This document shows positions 8,575 through 17,302 of a stretch of DNA of 49,668 nucleotides, one piece after another; position 1 is the stretch's first letter, and every line of letters starts with the position of its first letter. Below the pieces are notes generated by a model. That model did no database searches and was not told the DNA's origin. It worked only from the letters and a program-made list of their open reading frames with translations. Source of the DNA: Armatimonadota bacterium (GTDB lineage Bacteria > Sysuimicrobiota > Sysuimicrobiia > Sysuimicrobiales > Humicultoraceae); assembly GCA_037443365.1 (NCBI GenBank), contig JBBIOM010000008.1, forward strand, positions 1 through 49,668, in the 5' to 3' direction. The position numbers were made by a program, and so were the translations under genes.

Positions 8575-8958
8575 GTGAAGGCGAGCTTTCTCCGTGCTGC
8601 GCTTGTCGTTCTCATCGCGTTTGTCGTGGCTGGTTGCGGCCTTACGCTAGGCGGCGCCCCCGCGCTATTGAACCCGCCCAACGAGGCCACGCTTGCCTGC
8701 GCGGCTTCGGGGAGTCAGTACGCCTTCGTGTGGGGGGCAGTCCCCAACGCCCAGACCTACACCCTGACGATTGACGCGAATGCCGCGCCGTACCCCAATG
8801 TTGTGACCGTTCCTACGACGTCCACCACCGCTTCGGTGGCAGCCACAATGCTGACGTGCGACGCCACATACCGGTGGCGCGTCTGCGTTGCGTTCAAGGA
8901 CAACCCAACGCCCGCGTGTAGCGGCTACTGGACTTTCACGATCCAGCCGGCGCCGTAG
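8575..8958 (+). CDS. Lipoprotein with Fn3/Ig-like beta domain
   Basis: Lipobox VAG|C. P.LL.P.N…F.W..V..A..Y.L and TYRWRV…S..WTF are Fn3-like patterns. Confidence 0.75.
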   Translation: MKASFLRAALVVLIAFVVAGCGLTLGGAPALLNPPNEATLACAASGSQYAFVWGAVPNAQTYTLTIDANAAPYPNVVTVPTTSTTASVAATMLTCDATYRWRVCVAFKDNPTPACSGYWTFTIQPAP

Positions 8959-8983
8959 CGTAGCAGCGGGTCGGTGAATGCGC

Positions 8984-9011
8984 GCAGGGCGGGCCTGCTG
9001 GCCCGCCCTGC
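8984..9011 (+). terminator. Strong hairpin, probable terminator closing the pilus cluster
   Basis: Perfect 12-bp stem GCAGGGCGGGCC-TGCT-GGCCCGCCCTGC. The U-tract is weak. Confidence 0.55.
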
Positions 9012-9044
9012 CTCATTGCGGCGGCCTGTGGCGCCACACGGTGA

Positions 9045-9073
9045 TTGAAAGGGGCGCTCCCCTGCTGTATGCT
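9045..9073 (+). promoter_or_regulatory. Sigma-70/SigA promoter, likely giving a leaderless peptidase mRNA
   Basis: TTGAAA(9045-50)-17 nt-TATGCT(9068-73). In-frame GTG 7 nt downstream, with no SD. Confidence 0.6.
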
Positions 9074-9080
9074 ACGCCTT

Positions 9081-10205
9081 GTGTTCGACGGTCTCGACGC
9101 CCTCCACAGCGAACGCCTGACGCGCCTGCGGACCCGCCTCAGGGAACTGGATCTCGATGCGGCCGTCCTGAGCCGGCCCCAGAGCGTGACCTATCTTTCG
9201 GGGTTTGCCGGAAGCGCGGGCCTGGGCGTGGTCTCCCTGACCGGGGCGCACCTGGTCGCGGACTTCAGGTACGCAGAGCAGGCCGCGGCGCAGGCGCCGG
9301 GGTTCGCGGTCACCGTGGCGGCGGGCCCCCTCGTGGATGCCGCCGGGGCGCTGCTGCGCCGCATCGGCGCGCGGCGGGCCGGCGTCGAGGAGGAGCACCT
9401 GCCTGTGGGCTCGTTCCGGAGGCTGCAGGCAGCAGCCGGAACAATCGAGGCAGGGACCGCCGAGGCGGGTTCCGTCGAGATAGTCCCTGTTGAGGGGCTC
9501 GACCGCATCCGCTGGCAGAAGTCGCCCGAGGAGATCGCGGCCATCCGGCGCGCCCAGGAAGTGGCGGAGGCGGCCTTCTACGAAGTGCTGCCCATGATCC
9601 AGCCCGGGATCAGCGAGCGCGAGGTGGCGGTCGCCTTGGAGCACCGCCTGCGCGCCCGGGGCTCGCAGCGGCTGCCCTTTGACCTGATCGTCGCGTCGGG
9701 CCCGCGTTCGGCGCTGCCGCACGGAGTGGCCTCGGACCGGGTCATCGGCGCCGGCGAGTTCGTGACCGTGGACTTCGGCGCGGTTGTGGACGGCTACAAC
9801 TCGGACTGCACCCGCACCGTGGTGACGGGGCCCGTGTCCGAGCGGCACCGCGAGATATACGGCATCGTGCTGGCCGCGCAGAAGGCGGCGCTGTCCGGAT
9901 TGAGGTCCGGGCTCACCGGGCGCGAGGCCGACGCGCTGGGCCGGTCTGTGATAGCGGAGGCCGGCTACGGCGACGCATTCGGGCACGGCCTGGGTCACGG
10001 GGTCGGGCTGGCCGTGCACGAGGGGCCCGCGCTCTCGGTCCGCGAGGAAGGGGTGCTGCCCCAGGGTGCCGTGGTGACCGTGGAGCCCGGCATCTACCTG
10101 CCTGGCTGGGGCGGGGTGCGCATCGAGGACCTGGTTGTGCTGACCGAGGACGGGTGCCTGAACCTTACCCGGCTTCCCAAGAACCTGCACGAGGTGACGG
10201 CGTGA
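9081..10205 (+). CDS. Xaa-Pro aminopeptidase (M24B, YqhT/PepQ-like)
   Basis: YLSGF, DFRY, ASGPRSALPHG, DFG…GYNSDCTRT, HGLGHGVGLAVHE, TVEPGIY, GGVRIED. Usual neighbour of efp. Confidence 0.92.
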   Translation: MFDGLDALHSERLTRLRTRLRELDLDAAVLSRPQSVTYLSGFAGSAGLGVVSLTGAHLVADFRYAEQAAAQAPGFAVTVAAGPLVDAAGALLRRIGARRAGVEEEHLPVGSFRRLQAAAGTIEAGTAEAGSVEIVPVEGLDRIRWQKSPEEIAAIRRAQEVAEAAFYEVLPMIQPGISEREVAVALEHRLRARGSQRLPFDLIVASGPRSALPHGVASDRVIGAGEFVTVDFGAVVDGYNSDCTRTVVTGPVSERHREIYGIVLAAQKAALSGLRSGLTGREADALGRSVIAEAGYGDAFGHGLGHGVGLAVHEGPALSVREEGVLPQGAVVTVEPGIYLPGWGGVRIEDLVVLTEDGCLNLTRLPKNLHEVTA

Positions 10206-10762
10206 TCTCCACCAACGACTTTCGTCCGGGCGTCGTCGTGATACTCGACGGCGACCTGTGCGCCGTGGTCTCCTCACAGCACGTCAAGCGCGGCCGCGGC
10301 AGCGCCTACGTACGGGCGAAGATCCGCAACCTGAAGTCCGGCGCGATCACCGAGCGCACGTTCAACGCGGGCGAGCGCGTGCCCCACGCGTATCTGGACC
10401 GACGGGAGATGCAGTTCCTGTATCACGAGGACGAGAACTACGTCTTCATGGACCAGGAGTCGTACGAGCAGGTGGTCCTGGGCCGCGACCTCCTCGGGGA
10501 TGCCACCCTGTACCTGAAGGACAACACCGTGGTGACGGTCGTGCGCTTCGAGGACCGGCCGATAGCCGTGGACCTCCCCAACTCGGTTGACCTTGCGGTC
10601 GTCGAGACCGCGCCCGGGTTCCGCGGCGACACGGCCACGGGCGGAAGCAAGCCGGCACGGCTGGAGACAGGGGCGATGGTGCAGGTGCCGTTCTTCGTGG
10701 AGGTGGGCGAGGTCGTGCGCGTGGACACGCGCACCGGGGAGTACATCGAGCGCGCAAGGTAG
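10202..10762 (+). CDS. efp: Elongation factor P
   Basis: MISTNDFRPG, FMDQESYEQ, PGFRGDTATGGSKPARLETG, VDTRTGEYIER. GTGA overlap with the upstream gene. Confidence 0.97.
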   Translation: MISTNDFRPGVVVILDGDLCAVVSSQHVKRGRGSAYVRAKIRNLKSGAITERTFNAGERVPHAYLDRREMQFLYHEDENYVFMDQESYEQVVLGRDLLGDATLYLKDNTVVTVVRFEDRPIAVDLPNSVDLAVVETAPGFRGDTATGGSKPARLETGAMVQVPFFVEVGEVVRVDTRTGEYIERAR

Positions 10763-10792
10763 CGCCCCCCGGTTCCCCTCGGCGCCGGCGGC

Positions 10793-10801
10793 TGGTAGAA
10801 T
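10793..10801 (+). promoter_or_regulatory. Extended -10 promoter upstream of the nusB leader
   Basis: TG-G-TAGAAT (10793-10801). Weak -35 TTCCCC at 17 nt. Confidence 0.55.
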
Positions 10802-10807
10802 ACTGTC

Positions 10808-10905
10808 GTGCAAGACCACTCACGGACGCGAGCCGTGCCGCAGCCCACGTACCGGTCACCCGGCCGGGGCCGCGGCCACCGGCCCCCGGCGGGTGGTCTT
10901 ATCAC
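10808..10905 (+). promoter_or_regulatory. Structured 5' leader of nusB (candidate cis-regulatory RNA / uORF)
   Basis: AAGACCAC(10812-19) pairs with GTGGTCTT(10893-900), enclosing two hairpins. See findings. Confidence 0.45.
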
Positions 10906-11310
10906 ATGAGGGTGCGGCGCCGTTCCAGGGAGCTGGCGCTCCAGGTGCTGTTCCAGCACGACGTGGGGCGTGTGCCGGTTCAGGAAGCCCTGGCGGCCGC
11001 ACGGGGCGGGAGCGCCGGACCCGAATGGGCCCTGGCGGAGACGTTGTGCCTCGGGGTCCCCAAGCACATGAAGGAGCTCGACCGTATCATCGAGCGACAC
11101 CTCTCGGATTGGACGCTCGACCGGCTGGCAAGCGCGGACCGCGTCATCCTGCGCATCGCACTCTACGAAATCATGCACCTGCAGACCCCGGCTGCGGTCG
11201 CCATCAGCGAGGCCGTGGTGCTGGCCAAGCGGTACGGAACCGGTGAGAGTGGCCGCTTCGTGAATGGTGTGCTCGGCGCGATAGTGCGCGAGGGGAGCCG
11301 TGCCGGGTGA
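10906..11310 (+). CDS. nusB: Transcription antitermination factor NusB
   Basis: RRRSRELALQVLFQ, WTLDRLASADRVILR, EAVVLAKRYG…FVNGVLG. Confidence 0.96.
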   Translation: MRVRRRSRELALQVLFQHDVGRVPVQEALAAARGGSAGPEWALAETLCLGVPKHMKELDRIIERHLSDWTLDRLASADRVILRIALYEIMHLQTPAAVAISEAVVLAKRYGTGESGRFVNGVLGAIVREGSRAG

Positions 11311-12241
11311 CCCTGCCAGACTGATCGCTCTGGCCGCGGCCTACGGAGAGGCGCACGGCCCGCGCGTGGAGGAGGCGCTGTACGCGGCGCTGCCCTCGGC
11401 GGGCGTCCTCCCAGGACCTCTGCACGAGGCGATGCGGCACAGCCTCTTCGCCGGGGGCAAGCGCATCCGGCCCCTGCTGGTGCTGGCATCGGCCGAGGCT
11501 GTCGGCGGAGATCTCGGGCCGGCCATGCCGGTGGCCGCCGCGGTGGAGCTGATCCACACGTACTCGCTCATCCACGACGACCTGCCCTCGATGGACGATT
11601 CGGCTCTGCGTCGGGGACAGCCATCCTGTCACGCCGCGTACGGGGAGGCGCTGGCCATCCTGGCGGGCGACGCGCTGCACGCGCTGGCCTTCGAGCTGGC
11701 AGCGCGCGCGGCCGCGCGTGCCGGGCCCGCGGCAGCGGTGCGCGTGATCGAGGAGATCGCCACGTCCATCGGGACTCAGGGGATGGTGGGCGGGCAGGTG
11801 CTGGACCTGCTGGGGGAGGGACGCTCATCCCTGAGCCGCTTCGGGGCATGGCCCGCGGACCGCCCAGGGGCGGTGCGCATGATCCACGCCTGGAAGACCG
11901 CGGCGCTGATACGCGCCTGCGTGCGGTCGGGCGCGATTCTGGCAGGGGCCTCTCCGGAGCAACTGGCAGATCTCGGGGAATACGGCGGGCGCCTGGGCCT
12001 GGCGTTTCAGATTGTGGACGACATCCTGGACGAGACGGGCGAGAGCGCCACGATGGGCAAGGACGCGCGCCGAGACGCGGCAGGGGGTAAGCTCACCTTC
12101 CCTTCCGTGTTCGGGATCGAGCGCTCGCGCGCGGCCGCTCGCGAGGAGACCGATCAGGCGCTGGCCGCCCTGGACGCGTGGGGGATGTCGGCCGACGTGC
12201 TAAGGGGCCTGGCGCATGCGCTCCTTGTGCGTGAGGGCTAG
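11300..12241 (+). CDS. ispA: Polyprenyl (farnesyl/geranylgeranyl) diphosphate synthase
   Basis: GGKRIRP, HTYSLIHDDLPSMDD..LRRG, AILAGDAL, GLAFQIVDDILD. Confidence 0.93.
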   Translation: MPGDPARLIALAAAYGEAHGPRVEEALYAALPSAGVLPGPLHEAMRHSLFAGGKRIRPLLVLASAEAVGGDLGPAMPVAAAVELIHTYSLIHDDLPSMDDSALRRGQPSCHAAYGEALAILAGDALHALAFELAARAAARAGPAAAVRVIEEIATSIGTQGMVGGQVLDLLGEGRSSLSRFGAWPADRPGAVRMIHAWKTAALIRACVRSGAILAGASPEQLADLGEYGGRLGLAFQIVDDILDETGESATMGKDARRDAAGGKLTFPSVFGIERSRAAAREETDQALAALDAWGMSADVLRGLAHALLVREG

Positions 12242-12242
12242 A

Positions 12243-13052
12243 ATGAGCGCGGCACGCATGCGCCTGGACCTGCTGGTCGCAGCACGCGGGTTGGCGCCCA
12301 GCCGCAGCCAGGCCGAGGCGGCCATCCGCGCAGGAGAGATCTACGTGAATGGCCGGCGGCTCGACAAGCCCGGGACCCAGGTTGCGGAGGGCGCCGCGCT
12401 GGAGCGCCGCTCGCGCACCCCGGAGTACGTTAGCCGAGGGGGTGTGAAGCTGGCCGCGGCCCTGGACGCGCTTGGGATCGACCCGGCCGGGCTGGTCGTG
12501 CTGGATGTGGGCGCATCCACGGGCGGGTTCACCGACTGCGTGCTTCGGCGCGGGGCGGCGCGCGTCCACGCCGTGGACGTGGGCCGGGGCCAACTGCACT
12601 GGCGGCTCCGTCAGGATGCGCGTGTGACCGTCATGGAAGGGCGTCACGCCGCGCGCCTGGCGCCGGGAGATCTGCCGGAGGAGGCCGACCTGGCCACCGT
12701 GGACTGCTCGTTCATCTCGGCGCTCAAGGTGCTTCCGGCGGTGGCACGCCTTGTGCGCCGCGGCGGATGGATCCTGGTGCTCGTGAAGCCGCAGTTCGAG
12801 GCCGGGCCACGCGCGGCGCCGGGTGGGGTTGTGCGCGATCCCGCGGTGCACGAGTCGGTGCTTTGCCGGTTCGCGCGTGGCGCACGCGCAATCGGGCTTG
12901 CCGTTGAGGGAGTGGTTGCGTCCCCGATCCTGGGCCCGCGGGGCAACCGCGAGTTCTTCGTGGCGCTCCGGAACGCCGACCAAGAGGGCGCCGATGATCT
13001 TCTGGGGGAGATCGCGCGCGCGGTACGCGCTCCACAGGGGGGAGGGGCCTGA
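12243..13052 (+). CDS. tlyA: TlyA family rRNA 2'-O-methyltransferase
   Basis: S4 domain (RLDLLV..RGL), YVSRGGVKL, LDVGASTGGFTD, LVKPQFE, GNREF. Confidence 0.95.
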   Translation: MSAARMRLDLLVAARGLAPSRSQAEAAIRAGEIYVNGRRLDKPGTQVAEGAALERRSRTPEYVSRGGVKLAAALDALGIDPAGLVVLDVGASTGGFTDCVLRRGAARVHAVDVGRGQLHWRLRQDARVTVMEGRHAARLAPGDLPEEADLATVDCSFISALKVLPAVARLVRRGGWILVLVKPQFEAGPRAAPGGVVRDPAVHESVLCRFARGARAIGLAVEGVVASPILGPRGNREFFVALRNADQEGADDLLGEIARAVRAPQGGGA

Positions 13053-13915
13053 TGCAGATCGGGATCCTGGTCAATCCGGCGCGGTTCGCGGCGAGTCCGG
13101 GAACCGTGGGGGCACTGCGTGAATCCGTCCGGCTCCTCGCAGCGCGCGGCGCGTCCGTACGGATAACCGCCTCGGTGGCTTCCGGCGCCGGCTTCCCCGA
13201 CCTGGCGGCCGAGGACGCGGTCCTGGTCGAGGGCAGCGACCTGCTCATCGTCCTGGGAGGGGACGGAACGATTCTGGCCTCTGCGCGCCTGGCGGCCGGG
13301 CGGGTGCCCATACTGGCGGTGAACACCGGCGGATTTGGGTTCCTGGCCGAACTGCCCCTTGCCGACCTGCCGGACGCCGTCGGTGAGATCACATCCGGTT
13401 CGCTTGCGATTGACGAGCGCACTATGCTGGAGGCCGAGATAGCGGGCGCCTCAGGCGTGCGCGAGCGCGCCCTGGCCCTCAACGACATGGTGGTGTCGAA
13501 GGTCGGTCTGACGCGGGTGGCGCGCGTGACCACGTGGGTGAACGGCGAGCACCTCTCGACCTATCCGGCCGACGGGGTCATCGTGGCCACTCCCACGGGA
13601 TCCACGGCCTACTCGCTGTCGGCCGGAGGGCCGATCGTGCATCCCCAGGTGGACGTGATCGTGATAACGCCGATCTGCCCGCACACCTTTACCGCACGAC
13701 CCGTCGTCGTCTCGGGCGACGCCACAATCGCGGTGGAGACGGTGGGCGAAACCGAGGACATGCGTCTCAACGTGGACGGGCAGGAGAGCCACCCGCTGGG
13801 GAGGGGGGAACGCGTCGTCGTACGGCGCGCCGCGCAGCGGACCCGGCTCGTCCGCCTGGGCAACCGGAGCTTCTACGGGACCCTGCGCACGAAGCTGGGG
13901 TGGGGAGAGCGCTAG
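13052..13915 (+). CDS. nadK: NAD kinase
   Basis: LGGDGTIL, ALND, DGVIVATPTGSTAYSLSAGGP. Confidence 0.96.
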   Translation: MQIGILVNPARFAASPGTVGALRESVRLLAARGASVRITASVASGAGFPDLAAEDAVLVEGSDLLIVLGGDGTILASARLAAGRVPILAVNTGGFGFLAELPLADLPDAVGEITSGSLAIDERTMLEAEIAGASGVRERALALNDMVVSKVGLTRVARVTTWVNGEHLSTYPADGVIVATPTGSTAYSLSAGGPIVHPQVDVIVITPICPHTFTARPVVVSGDATIAVETVGETEDMRLNVDGQESHPLGRGERVVVRRAAQRTRLVRLGNRSFYGTLRTKLGWGER

Positions 13916-15654
13916 TGCTGCTCGAGCTGCGGATCCAGGAGTTCGCCGTGATCGAATCCGCAACGATCGAGTTCGGCCCCGGACTGAACGTCCTGACCGG
14001 GGAGACGGGCGCCGGCAAGTCGATCATCGTGGACGCGCTGAACGCGGCGTTGGGGACGCGGGCCAGCGCGGATCTGATTCGCACGAACGCGCCGGCCGCG
14101 CGGGTGGACGCGAGGTTCGCGGTCGATCCCAGCGGACCGGCGTGGCGGTGGGCAGAGGAGCATGGGCTCAATGCACAGGATGGCGCAGGCGGCCTCGAGG
14201 CTGCCTGCGAGCTGGTAATCGCCCGTGAGATCGCGCCCGAGGGGCGCTCGCGCGCCTGGATCAACGGCCGGGCCGCTACGGCCGCGATGCTGCGCGAACT
14301 GGGGGACCTCCTGATCGAGGTTGCGGGGCAGCACGAAGGCCAGCGCCTGCTGCGCCCGCAGGCCCATCTGGGGCTGCTGGACGCCTTCGGCGGCGATGCC
14401 CTGGAGGCCCAGCGCGCCGAGGTGGGCGAGATGGTGCGCCGGCGGGCGGCACTGCGCGCCGAGCAGAAGGCGCTGATCGACGGCGAGCGCGAGCGCCTCC
14501 GCCAGGAGGAGATGCTGCGCCACCAGGTGGACGAGATCGACGCGGCCGGGCTCCAGCCCGGAGAGGAAGAGGAGCTCTCGCTGCGTCGCGTGCGGCTGCA
14601 GAACGCCGAGCGTCTGGCCGCGGCCGCAACGACCGCATATGCCGCCCTCTACGAGGCTGACGGGCAGGCCGCCGTGGATCGGATGGGGCAGGCCCGCGGC
14701 GCCCTGCGGGAGGCCTCAGGCCTGGATCCCGCGCTCGCGGCGCTGGCCGGACGGATCGAGGCGCTTGCCGCGGAGCTGACCGAGGTTGCGCGCGAGCTGG
14801 GACGCCACGCCCGCGGCATCGAGGTTGACCCCGGGGAGTTGGCCCGGGTAGCCGAACGCCTCGATCTGCTGCGTCGGTTGCGGCGCAAGTACGGCGATAC
14901 CGTCGAGGAAGTGCTGGCCCACCGCGATCTGGCCGCCTCCGCGCTCGCGCGCCTGGAATGCGGCGATGCGCGCGCGAGAGAGATCGCCGCGGCTCTGGAG
15001 GAGATTGAGCAGGACCTGGCCGGGCGGTGCGCCCGCCTCTCGCGCCTCCGGCGCGAGGCCGCCTCGAGGCTGGAGGCAGGCGTGGAGCAGGCGCTGCGCT
15101 CGCTGCAGATGGAGCACACGCGGCTGATCGTCGAGTTCGGCTCTGATCCGGACCCGGACGGCGTGCCGCTGGAAGGCCGACGCGTGGCGGTTGGGCCTGA
15201 CGGTGCCGACCGCGTGGAGTTCCTCCTGGCGGCGAACCCGGGCGAGGCGCCCAGGCCCCTGGCGCGCATCGCCTCGGGCGGCGAACTGTCCCGCATCATG
15301 CTGGCGCTGCGGCACGTCCTGGCCGAGGCCGGGGGTGTGCCGGTGTTCATCTGCGACGAGGTAGATGCGGGCGTGGGCAGCCGGGCCGCCGGCTCCGTGG
15401 GAGGGCTGCTGGCCGGGGTGGCCCGTCGGCGCCAGGTCCTCTGCGTGACGCACCTGCCCCATGTGGCCAGCCTGGCCGATCGCCACTACTGGGTGACCAA
15501 GGAGACGGGCGGCGGACGCACGCGCGTGCGGGTGCGATCGCTCGGGCCTCGGGAACGCGTGGAAGAGGTCGCCAGGATGCTGGGTGGGCGGCGTCCCACG
15601 CCGATCGCGCGCGAACACGCTCTGGAACTTCTGAGGCGGGGAGGCAGATCGTGA
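13915..15654 (+). CDS. recN: DNA repair protein RecN
   Basis: GTG 13915 overlaps the nadK stop. [39 protein letters not shown]. Confidence 0.96.
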   Translation: MLLELRIQEFAVIESATIEFGPGLNVLTGETGAGKSIIVDALNAALGTRASADLIRTNAPAARVDARFAVDPSGPAWRWAEEHGLNAQDGAGGLEAACELVIAREIAPEGRSRAWINGRAATAAMLRELGDLLIEVAGQHEGQRLLRPQAHLGLLDAFGGDALEAQRAEVGEMVRRRAALRAEQKALIDGERERLRQEEMLRHQVDEIDAAGLQPGEEEELSLRRVRLQNAERLAAAATTAYAALYEADGQAAVDRMGQARGALREASGLDPALAALAGRIEALAAELTEVARELGRHARGIEVDPGELARVAERLDLLRRLRRKYGDTVEEVLAHRDLAASALARLECGDARAREIAAALEEIEQDLAGRCARLSRLRREAASRLEAGVEQALRSLQMEHTRLIVEFGSDPDPDGVPLEGRRVAVGPDGADRVEFLLAANPGEAPRPLARIASGGELSRIMLALRHVLAEAGGVPVFICDEVDAGVGSRAAGSVGGLLAGVARRRQVLCVTHLPHVASLADRHYWVTKETGGGRTRVRVRSLGPRERVEEVARMLGGRRPTPIAREHALELLRRGGRS

Positions 15655-17291
15655 CCAGGTACATCTTCGTAACCGGAGGCGTGGCCTCCGCGCTGGGCAA
15701 GGGCATAACCGCCGCTTCGATCGGGCGCCTGCTGAAGAGCCGCGGGCTGCGGGTCACGATGCTCAAGTTCGACCCGTACGTCAACGTGGACGCCGGCACG
15801 ATGAACCCGCACCAGCACGGCGAGGTCTTCGTCACCGAGGATGGTGCCGAGACCGACATGGATCTGGGTCACTACGAGCGCTTCATAGACGAGGACCTGG
15901 GCCGCGCCAACAACACGACCACGGGCAAGATCTACAACGCGGTCATCGCCCGTGAGCGCCGGGGAGAGTACCTGGGCGGCACGGTTCAGGTGATCCCGCA
16001 CGTGACGAACGAGATCAAGGACGAGATTCGGTCGCTGGCCGCCGCCACCAAGGCCGACATCCTGATCACCGAAGTCGGCGGGACCGTCGGGGACATCGAG
16101 AGCCTGCCTTTCCTCGAGGCGATCCGGCAGTTCCGCCGCACCGCAGGCGAAGGGAACGTGATGTACGTGCACGTCTCGCTGGTGCCGTACCTGCGCAACG
16201 CCGGCGAGCTGAAGACCAAGCCGACCCAGCACAGCGTCAAGGAGCTGCGCAGCATCGGGATCCAACCCGACGTCATCGTCTGCCGGACCGAGCGCCCGCT
16301 GGGGCGCGCGCTCAAGGAGAAGATCGCGCTGTTCTGCGACGTTGACGCCGAGGCGGTCATCCAGGCGATCGACGCGCGCAGCATATACGAGGTGCCGTTG
16401 ATCCTGGAGGAGGAGGGACTCGGCCGCATCATCCTCGAGCGGCTGGGGCTTGACCTGCCCCCTCCAGATCTGGAGGAGTGGCGCTCTATCGTGGGGCGCC
16501 TGCTGCGCCCGAGGCGGAGCGTGCGCATAGGCCTGGTGGGCAAGTACATGGGCGTCGAGGACTCGTACGTCAGCATCGTCGAGGCGCTGCGGCACGGCGG
16601 CGCGGCCAACGACTGCGGCGTGGAGATAGTGAAGACCGACTCGGAGCAGATCGAACTCTGGGAGGAGGCCGAGCTCGCCGCCCAGCTCGCCCCGATGCAC
16701 GGGCTCCTGGTGTGTCCCGGCTTTGGGGCGAGGGGGGTTGAGGGCAAGGTGCGGGCGATCCGCTACGCGCGCGAGGAAGGGGTCCCGTTCCTGGGCATCT
16801 GCTTCGGCCTGCAGTGGGCGGTGGTCGAGTTCGCCAGGCACGTGTGCGGGCTGCCAGGGGCCAACAGCACGGAGGTGGACCCGCACACCCCGCACCCGGT
16901 CATCTCCATGCTGGCCGAGCAGCGCGGAATCGCCGACCTGGGCGGCACGATGCGCCTGGGGCGGTGTCCCTGCCGCATCGCGCCGGGCTCGCGGGCCGCC
17001 GAGGCATACGGCGGGGCGCTGGAGGTGGGCGAGCGTCATCGCCACCGGTACGAGGTCAACAACGCCTACCGTCGAATACTGGAGGAGCACGGGATGCGGG
17101 TCACCGGCGTCTTCCCGGAGCAGGACCTGGTGGAGATCGTCGAGCTAACCGATCATCCCTGGTTCGTGGGCACGCAGTTCCACGGCGAGTACCGGTCCAG
17201 ACCAAACCGCCCGCACCCGCTCTACGGCGCCTTTGTGCGCGCCGCGCTGGAGCGGTGCGCCGCGGTCACTGACCGGGTCATGCCCAGGTGA
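15651..17291 (+). CDS. pyrG: CTP synthase
   Basis: [45 protein letters not shown]. Confidence 0.98.
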   Translation: MTRYIFVTGGVASALGKGITAASIGRLLKSRGLRVTMLKFDPYVNVDAGTMNPHQHGEVFVTEDGAETDMDLGHYERFIDEDLGRANNTTTGKIYNAVIARERRGEYLGGTVQVIPHVTNEIKDEIRSLAAATKADILITEVGGTVGDIESLPFLEAIRQFRRTAGEGNVMYVHVSLVPYLRNAGELKTKPTQHSVKELRSIGIQPDVIVCRTERPLGRALKEKIALFCDVDAEAVIQAIDARSIYEVPLILEEEGLGRIILERLGLDLPPPDLEEWRSIVGRLLRPRRSVRIGLVGKYMGVEDSYVSIVEALRHGGAANDCGVEIVKTDSEQIELWEEAELAAQLAPMHGLLVCPGFGARGVEGKVRAIRYAREEGVPFLGICFGLQWAVVEFARHVCGLPGANSTEVDPHTPHPVISMLAEQRGIADLGGTMRLGRCPCRIAPGSRAAEAYGGALEVGERHRHRYEVNNAYRRILEEHGMRVTGVFPEQDLVEIVELTDHPWFVGTQFHGEYRSRPNRPHPLYGAFVRAALERCAAVTDRVMPR

Positions 17292-17302
17292 GAGGAGGCA
17301 CG

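Noticed and set aside
10893-10906. boxA-like sequence TGGTCTTATCACA before nusB
   Set aside because: It has several mismatches to GYTCTTTAANA, too weak to call without this organism's rrn boxA.
12243-13052. TlyA as a hemolysin/virulence factor
   Set aside because: The context is the standard ispA-tlyA-nadK-recN housekeeping block, and the methyltransferase motifs are intact.
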